This document shows positions 57,860 through 64,000 of a stretch of DNA of 64,000 nt, piece by piece. Below the pieces are notes generated by a model, which was given only the letters and a program-made list of their open reading frames with translations, ran no database searches and was not told the origin of the DNA. The stretch lies in the NCBI GenBank assembly GCA_017454745.1, contig JAFTCL010000007.1, positions 9,034 through 73,033 of the forward strand, given 5' to 3'. This DNA comes from Kiritimatiellia bacterium (lineage in GTDB: Bacteria > Verrucomicrobiota > Kiritimatiellia > RFP12 > UBA1067). Numbering within the stretch: position 1 is the first letter of the stretch; each line of letters opens with the position of its first letter. Made by a program: the position numbers and the translations under genes.

Positions 57860-58830
57860 CACTGGGCGAAGCTTTTGATTGCGTAAGGGATGCCTACTTT
57901 CGCGGCCGTCTGGCCAACGGTTATCTGATTGTCGCCCCGCCGCGAGCCGAGGGTACGGAGCTGGCGATTAAAATTATGCAGCTGCTTTTTTGCGAATCCG
58001 AGCGCCAGCCATGCGGTGAATGCATTCGCTGCCGCCACGTGCACGACCGCACCGAACCCGACATCCACTGGGTCTTCCCGGAGAAAAAATCCCGCGTAAT
58101 CAGCGTTGATCAAATTCGCGACACCATTGTTTCCCAAATGTCGCAGACCTCGTTCGGCGGCGGCTGGAAGGTCGGCGTGATTACCGGCGCGGACCGCCTC
58201 AACACTGCCGCGGCCAACGCTTTTCTAAAGACGCTCGAAGAGCCGACCGATAAAACCCTTTTTCTGCTGCTCACCGACTTGCCGCAAGAACTGTTGCCCA
58301 CCATTGTGTCACGCTGCCAGCGAATCAATCTCAACATACCCCAAACACCCGCCGAACCTTGGCACAGCCAACTTTTGGAAATCATCTCCGGCCCCTATTT
58401 CCGAACTCCCGGCGAACGCATGGCTTCGGCGGGTCTGATTTCGTCCGTGCTGGGAGAAATCAAAATCCAGGCCGAACAAACCGTCAAAGGGGAGTTGCGG
58501 GAACAGGAAAAACTTATCGAGGAGAGCAAAAACGTAATCGAGGCCCGGGTGGAGTCGCTGTACCGGGAACACCGTCAAGTCCTGCCCGTAACCTTGACCC
58601 GGTGGTTCCGGGACTTGCTGGTGCTGCGCAGCAGCGGCAACGACTCGCTGATCAACTATCGGTCGCACCTGGAGATACTGCGCGAGCGCGCTCAGCGCCT
58701 CACCCTCGCGCAAGCTCTTGACAACATGATCCGGCTGGAAGAGTTCACCGCCAAGTTAAAGCTCAATGTCCCCGAAGAGTCGGTAGTGTCATATACCATC
58801 GATGTGCTAAACCACGGGGTGGCGACATGA
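57856..58830 (+). CDS. holB: DNA polymerase III subunit delta-prime
   Basis: AAA+-like clamp-loader fold with Zn-module CGECIRCRH and SRCQ sensor motif. Follows tmk, as in many bacteria. Confidence 0.8.
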   Translation: MTLGEAFDCVRDAYFRGRLANGYLIVAPPRAEGTELAIKIMQLLFCESERQPCGECIRCRHVHDRTEPDIHWVFPEKKSRVISVDQIRDTIVSQMSQTSFGGGWKVGVITGADRLNTAAANAFLKTLEEPTDKTLFLLLTDLPQELLPTIVSRCQRINLNIPQTPAEPWHSQLLEIISGPYFRTPGERMASAGLISSVLGEIKIQAEQTVKGELREQEKLIEESKNVIEARVESLYREHRQVLPVTLTRWFRDLLVLRSSGNDSLINYRSHLEILRERAQRLTLAQALDNMIRLEEFTAKLKLNVPEESVVSYTIDVLNHGVAT

Positions 58831-59471
58831 CCGTAGCCCATGTTTTGATGCCGGAGCGGGGCGTGTTCGTCTGCCGCATTTCCGAAGAGCGGGCCTTCGC
58901 TCCCGGAGACGATTGCCTGGTAGAGCTGGAATACGGGCGAGACCTCGGCAAGATTCAGGAAATCGCCCAACTGCGACCGCAGGATATGGCGAAAGGACGG
59001 CTTCCGTCCTTTCGCGTGTTGCGCAAACAGTCCCCCGAGGACGCGGCCAAGGCGAAGGCCAACGTGGCCATAGCCCAAAAGGCCGCAACCGCGTTTTTGG
59101 ATACGGTAAATTCCGACACCCAGAATATCAAAATCATCCATGCCCGATTCTCGCTCAACCGCAATCGTCTGTTCATTCGATATTGCGCCCAAAACCAGCT
59201 CAACCTCCGGGGGTATCTGAAACCCATCGAACGTGAATACCACACCCGGATCGACCTGTGGCAGGTCGGCGTTCGCGACGCCGCGGCAATAATCGGCTGC
59301 ATGGGCATCTGCGGACGGCCTGCCTGTTGTTGCACCTGGCAGCGCAAATTTTTGCACGTTAACCTGAAGATGGCCAAACATCAGGACATTTCCCTCAACC
59401 CCAACACCGTCAACGGATGCTGCGGCCGGCTAAAGTGCTGCCTCCGGTTTGAAGACGACCCAAAGGAGTGA
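58827..59471 (+). CDS. PSP1 C-terminal domain protein (RicT/YaaT-like)
   Basis: PSP1 conserved region. C-terminal Cys-rich CGRPACCCTWQ...CCGRLKCCL. Conserved holB-downstream position. Confidence 0.7.
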   Translation: MTVAHVLMPERGVFVCRISEERAFAPGDDCLVELEYGRDLGKIQEIAQLRPQDMAKGRLPSFRVLRKQSPEDAAKAKANVAIAQKAATAFLDTVNSDTQNIKIIHARFSLNRNRLFIRYCAQNQLNLRGYLKPIEREYHTRIDLWQVGVRDAAAIIGCMGICGRPACCCTWQRKFLHVNLKMAKHQDISLNPNTVNGCCGRLKCCLRFEDDPKE

Positions 59472-59474
59472 CCA

Positions 59475-59921
59475 ATGAAAATTCTTGTGGTAAACGGCCC
59501 TAATCTTGGCTTGCTCGGAAAACGCGAACCGGAGATTTACGGTCGCGAAACTCTGTCCGAAATCATTTCCCGTCTGCGCGGCTATGCCGCCGGCCGGGCG
59601 GAAATTCAGGATTTCCAAAGCGACATCGAGGGTGAGATCGCACACGCCATCGGTTCGGCCATGAACGTATTCGACGGAATCATCATCAACCCCGCCGCGT
59701 ACACCCACACCAGCGTGGCCGTGCGGGATGCCATCGCCGGATGCGGAGTGCCGACAGTGGAAGTGCATCTTTCAAACGTGCACAAGCGGGAAAGTTTCCG
59801 CCACGAAAGCCTGACCGCGCCAGTGTGCGTCGGGCAAATCATGGGCTTTGGTTCCAACGGCTACCAACTGGCGCTTGACGCCCTGCTGGCGCATCTGAAC
59901 AATCGAAAAATTGGGGAGTGA
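59475..59921 (+). CDS. aroQ: 3-dehydroquinate dehydratase, type II
   Basis: MKILVVNGPNLGLLGKREPEIYG and HLSNVHKRE motifs. Confidence 0.9.
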   Translation: MKILVVNGPNLGLLGKREPEIYGRETLSEIISRLRGYAAGRAEIQDFQSDIEGEIAHAIGSAMNVFDGIIINPAAYTHTSVAVRDAIAGCGVPTVEVHLSNVHKRESFRHESLTAPVCVGQIMGFGSNGYQLALDALLAHLNNRKIGE

Positions 59922-59922
59922 A

Positions 59923-60834
59923 ATGAAACGTAAAATCGATCTGTGGATTGTCGGCTCGGTCGGTATCGATGACATCAAAACCACCAAAACTTCGCGCAAG
60001 AATCTACTTGGCGGTTCCGTGCCCTATGCGGTGGCGGCGGCATCGCTCTACGCCAAAACCGGGGCGGTGGCGGTTGTGGGATCGGACTTTCCGAAAGCGT
60101 TTGACCGGCGGCTGAACCGGCTCGGCGTCAATTTGGACGGCATCCAGCGGGCCGAAGGGAAAACCTTCCGCTGGGCTTGCGAATACGATACCAATATGAT
60201 CGAGCGTACTACGCTCAGCACCGAATTGGGAGTGTTCGCCGATTTCAAACCAGAGCTTCCGGAAAATTACCGCAATGCGCCGTTCGTGATGCTGGGCAAC
60301 ATCCAGCCGGAACTCCAGTCATACGTGCTGGATCAAGCTTCCGGCGCGAAATTCGTCGCCCTGGATACGATGAATCTCTGGATCGAAACCGCACTGCCCG
60401 CGCTTAAGAAGGTCATGAGCAGGGTGGATTTGCTCTCGGTGAACGACGGCGAAGCGCGTCTGCTTACCGGGAAATGGAATCTGCTGGACTGCGCCAAGGC
60501 CATCCACAAATTCGGCCCCAAACATGTGCTCATCAAAAAAGGCGAACATGGAGCGCTGCTGTTCTCCCAGGACGAAATATTCATTGTACCAGCCTTCCCG
60601 GTGAGAAAACTGGTTGACCCGACCGGAGCCGGAGATTCATACGCCGGCGCCATGATGGGTTATCTGGCCAAGCAGGGACGGGTTGACAGCAAAACCCTCC
60701 GCCACGCATTGGTAAACGCCGCAGTCGTCGCATCGTTTGGCGTCGAAGGCTTCAGTATCGAGTGTTTTGAGAAACTCACCGCCGCCGCCGTCAAATCACG
60801 CGCGAAAGAGTTGACCGGCATGATGACGGTCTGA
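59923..60834 (+). CDS. PfkB-family carbohydrate kinase
   Basis: C-terminal DPTGAGDSYAGAMMGYLA anion-hole motif of the ribokinase family. Confidence 0.75.
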   Translation: MKRKIDLWIVGSVGIDDIKTTKTSRKNLLGGSVPYAVAAASLYAKTGAVAVVGSDFPKAFDRRLNRLGVNLDGIQRAEGKTFRWACEYDTNMIERTTLSTELGVFADFKPELPENYRNAPFVMLGNIQPELQSYVLDQASGAKFVALDTMNLWIETALPALKKVMSRVDLLSVNDGEARLLTGKWNLLDCAKAIHKFGPKHVLIKKGEHGALLFSQDEIFIVPAFPVRKLVDPTGAGDSYAGAMMGYLAKQGRVDSKTLRHALVNAAVVASFGVEGFSIECFEKLTAAAVKSRAKELTGMMTV

Positions 60835-60852
60835 TTTTGAAATTTACCGCCG

Positions 60853-63672
60853 ATGCATTTTCTAAACCCATATCTGTTGATTGCATTGGCTGGCGTGGCG
60901 ATCCCGGTTATCATCCACCTTTTCAACCGGCGCCACGCCCGTGAGATTAATTGGGGCGCGATGCGTTTCCTGATGGGCAGTCTTCTCAAACGGCGACGCA
61001 ACCTGCTGCTTGAGGAAATGCTGCTGTTGGCCACGCGCTGCCTGTTAGTCGGCGCGGCAGTATTGGCCGTCGCCCGGCCGTTTGAACCGCCCGGTTCCGC
61101 CCTGCCGTGGTGGCTGATGATGCCGTTATCCGCCGCCGCCATAATCCTGTTCGGTTGCAGTTTTGCCCTAAACCGCCGCCGCCGCTGGCAACGCGGCTGC
61201 CGGTATGGGGCATTGATTTGCGCCGCTTTATGCGTTTTAACACCCCGGCTGGAAAAAACCTTCGGCTGGAAAGGTAAAAGCTCGGTGGCGGAAAAAGAAT
61301 TGGCGATTGTGATTGACGGGTCAAGCTCGATGGAAATCGCGGAGAATGGCGAGAGCAACTTTGAGCTTGCCAAGCGCGAAGCCGCAAAACTTATCGAGTT
61401 TGCGCCGCGCAATACCGCTTTCAGCATTATCGTCAGCGGCGCGGTGCCGGTACCAATAATCCCTGTCCCGCGATCCGACCGTAAATATCTGTTGAACTCC
61501 TTGTCGGAAGCAAAACCCGTCCACGGCTTGATGAACGTCCCCGACACTCTGGCGGCAGCCGCCGCCACGTTGGCGCAAAGCAGCCGCCCCGCCAGTCAAA
61601 TCGTACTGTTCGGCGACGGACAGGCCGTAGGTTGGGAGACCTCAAAACTCGAACGCTGGCAGTGCCTTGACCAAGCTTTCGCCCAATTGCCGCAATCGCC
61701 CAAAATCTCGGCGCGTACCTTTAAACTCCCACCCGGAATCCGCAATGTCGCGATAAAATCCATCTCGTTCTCCCGCGCAATGGTCGGTACCGACCGCCCG
61801 GTAGGAATAGAGGTAACGTTGGCTAATACCGGACAGGAAGCGGTAACGCCGGAAAAAGTGGTGCTGATAGCCGAAGGTGAAGAGCTGATCGACCGGTCGG
61901 TCTCCCAAATGCCGCCAGGAAGCGAAAGTTCGGTTACCTTCACGCACACTTTCAAAACCGCCGGGGCGCAGGTGGTACAGGCAAAAGTTTCCGTTACCGA
62001 CGAATTGGCCGCCGACAACCGGATCGCGCGGGTTTTGCAGGTGATTGACCGGATCCCGGTGCTGGTGGTCGATGACGGACGCGAAGTCCGTCCGCTTGAT
62101 CGCGCCGGCGGATACGTCTCACTGGCGCTCCAACCATTTTCCGCAATGTTCGCCGCAGAAACTTCCGGCATGGCCAACAACCGTCTCCTAATGCGTCCGG
62201 AATTGATCGCCGCCCCCGATTTGGGCTTAAGGCGCGGATTTTCCGATGTGCCGGTAATTATACTGGCGGATGTGCCGGCACTTCCTCAATCAGTGGCGCA
62301 AAAGATTGCCGATTTCGTCCGCGGCGGCGGGCGTCTGCTGGTGACGCACGGCGCAAAATCATCGGCGGAATTTTACAACGCCTGGACATCCGGCGGCGAA
62401 CCGGTCATGCCGCTTCATCTCGGCGAATGCGTAATCGCCGCCGACCGTGACGTGCCGACGATAGACATAGCTTCATTCCGCCATCCCGCGCTGTCGTTAT
62501 TCCGGGAACAGGGAGACCTCTCCGGTACACCAATTGAATGTTATCGTACCGCCGAGACCCCTGATAAGGCCAAAATCTTCGCCACATTGCGTAACGGCGC
62601 ACCGATGCTGGCGGAACATCAATTTGGACGCGGGTTGGTATTGCAGCTCATGATTCCGCTCGACCCCACCTGCGGGCCGCTGGTGTCGCGCCAAGCGTTC
62701 CTGCCGCTTGTGCATGAGTTGACCTCTTATCTGGCGCAACCGATGGTCGCCAACCTAAACCTGCCGCCCTCGCTGGATGCCATAATACGGTTGGGAACGC
62801 CAGTCAACGGCGGCCATGGTTTGACCGGCGAATACCGGCACCGGGACGATCCAAACCGACGGTTCAAGCGAATCGACCCCGGATTGAGCCTGCGCTGGAA
62901 CAACCGTTCGCCCAACAAGGATTTCCCCCGCGACAACTATCGTGTGGAATGGAGCGGCTCGCTGATCCCAAGCGCCACCGGAAAATTCAGGTTTACGCTT
63001 ACCGGCGACGACCGGACATCGCTTGAAATCGGAAATAAACTGTCGCTCAAAAGTCAGTTTTACAACTCATCGGACAGTGGCGAAATAGATCTGCGGGCGG
63101 ATACCGTTTATCCGATTTCCGCCACTCTGGAACAGGACGGCGGCGAAGCTTTCATTAACGTCACCGTAGAAGGTCCCAGTCTCCCCCCCACCCCGTTGCC
63201 CGAAAATTGGCTTCTGCCTATCCGCAATACGAAAACGGATTCATGGCGCGAAGCGGTTGCCGTCACTATAACCAATGCCGCCAATTCGGTTATAAACGCC
63301 AAGATACGTCAGAACGCCGACGGGATTGCGATGCGCGTGGAACAGCCGCTGCTTCAAGGCTTGCACATCGTCAACCTTCCCGAATCCGTTCGGGAATGGC
63401 TACCGCAGCTGACCGGCGGGAAAGACTCCTTTCCGCTTTGCGTAACGGAAAACGCCGGGGAATCAAACTTTGAGCCCTTGTCCGCCGACGAACGGGCCAT
63501 ACTGATGCGGCTGGCGCCGATCGCCTTTGCCGACAGTTACGAGGAACTGGAACTCTCGCTGGCTGGAAAATCTTTTGGCCGCGAATTGTGGCGGATCCCG
63601 GCAATGCTGCTGTTTATCCTGTTGATCGGCGAATGTTTTCTAACCCGATGGATAACCAAAAACCGACAATGA
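60853..63672 (+). CDS. BatA-like double-TM N-terminal domain / von Willebrand factor A / PA14 domain protein
   Basis: N-terminal MHFLNPYLLIALAGVAIPVIIHLFNRR (BatA N-terminal motif). VWA MIDAS region AIVIDGSSSM. PA14-like segment (YRVEWSGSLIPSATGKFRFTLTGDDRTSLEIGNK). C-terminal TM. Confidence 0.7.
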   Translation: MHFLNPYLLIALAGVAIPVIIHLFNRRHAREINWGAMRFLMGSLLKRRRNLLLEEMLLLATRCLLVGAAVLAVARPFEPPGSALPWWLMMPLSAAAIILFGCSFALNRRRRWQRGCRYGALICAALCVLTPRLEKTFGWKGKSSVAEKELAIVIDGSSSMEIAENGESNFELAKREAAKLIEFAPRNTAFSIIVSGAVPVPIIPVPRSDRKYLLNSLSEAKPVHGLMNVPDTLAAAAATLAQSSRPASQIVLFGDGQAVGWETSKLERWQCLDQAFAQLPQSPKISARTFKLPPGIRNVAIKSISFSRAMVGTDRPVGIEVTLANTGQEAVTPEKVVLIAEGEELIDRSVSQMPPGSESSVTFTHTFKTAGAQVVQAKVSVTDELAADNRIARVLQVIDRIPVLVVDDGREVRPLDRAGGYVSLALQPFSAMFAAETSGMANNRLLMRPELIAAPDLGLRRGFSDVPVIILADVPALPQSVAQKIADFVRGGGRLLVTHGAKSSAEFYNAWTSGGEPVMPLHLGECVIAADRDVPTIDIASFRHPALSLFREQGDLSGTPIECYRTAETPDKAKIFATLRNGAPMLAEHQFGRGLVLQLMIPLDPTCGPLVSRQAFLPLVHELTSYLAQPMVANLNLPPSLDAIIRLGTPVNGGHGLTGEYRHRDDPNRRFKRIDPGLSLRWNNRSPNKDFPRDNYRVEWSGSLIPSATGKFRFTLTGDDRTSLEIGNKLSLKSQFYNSSDSGEIDLRADTVYPISATLEQDGGEAFINVTVEGPSLPPTPLPENWLLPIRNTKTDSWREAVAVTITNAANSVINAKIRQNADGIAMRVEQPLLQGLHIVNLPESVREWLPQLTGGKDSFPLCVTENAGESNFEPLSADERAILMRLAPIAFADSYEELELSLAGKSFGRELWRIPAMLLFILLIGECFLTRWITKNRQ

Positions 63673-63695
63673 TTTCCCGCGCGAGGTGAAGACGC

Positions 63696-64000
63696 ATGAC
63701 TTACCGTGAGTTTTTGAATCGGAAAAATAAAACCCCGCCCCCGGTGGCATTGGCCCCGATGGCGGGTTATACCGACGCCGCCATGCGAAAGGTTTGCAGC
63801 GAGCGCGGGGCCGCCTGGAGCTACACCGAAATGACCAACGGTTACGGGCTGCTGCGCGAGGAGGAAAAAACCTGGCACTTGTTGGAGACGTTCGAAGACG
63901 AACGCGAAGTGGTGGCGCACCTTTACGGCAACCACCCTGACGTGATGGGCGAAGCCACCGCCAAGGTGGCGGAAACCGGCCGGTTCGTAGGTATCGACCT
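63696..64000 (+). CDS. tRNA-dihydrouridine synthase (N-terminal part; runs off the window)
   Basis: Manual translation: MTYREFLNRKNKTPPPVALAPMAGYTDAAMRKVCSERGAAWSYTEMTNGYGLL... This is a Dus-family N-terminus (LAPMAGYTD). Confidence 0.7.
   Translation, partial: MTYREFLNRKNKTPPPVALAPMAGYTDAAMRKVCSERGAAWSYTEMTNGYGLLREEEKTWHLLETFEDEREVVAHLYGNHPDVMGEATAKVAETGRFVGID

Noticed and set aside
1-64000. CRISPR arrays, tRNA or rRNA genes.
   Set aside because: No regularly spaced short repeats and no cloverleaf-compatible intergenic segments were seen. The intergenic gaps (18829-19017, 24190-24276, 34431-34616, 51239-51310, 53390-53541) contain only promoter-like AT-rich sequence.

Overview
High-GC bacterial chromosomal segment. 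The gene content (PATR-repeat giant protein, exosortase/EpsI, prenyltransferase-like repeat protein, GH95/GH92/GH127 glycosidases, BatA-like VWA protein) suggests a Verrucomicrobia/Lentisphaerae/Planctomycetes-type organism; this is inferred from gene content only. Most of the window is dense, mainly minus-strand housekeeping and envelope genes: an ABC-2 transporter, rmlD, nagA, a Ser/Thr kinase, cvpA, secA, tilS, the argJ-argB-argD operon, ispH, ychF, tmk, holB and aroQ. There are also carbohydrate-active enzymes and a plus-strand exosortase/glycosyltransferase locus with two ACP genes. The main finding is a complete diversity-generating retroelement (DGR) at about 3990-9458 on the minus strand. 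It has a 1179-aa secreted multi-domain target protein whose C-terminal FGE-sulfatase/C-type-lectin-fold variable region (VR, 5931-6074) is matched by a template repeat (TR, 4113-4256). TR and VR differ almost only at TR adenines. The accessory gene has an HRDC domain instead of Avd. The DGR-type reverse transcriptase ORF runs in frame through the TR. The DGR sits in a lower-GC segment together with two hypothetical membrane-protein genes. That segment is bracketed by a perfect 42-bp direct repeat (2126-2167 and 11761-11802). I found no rRNA, tRNA or CRISPR array.
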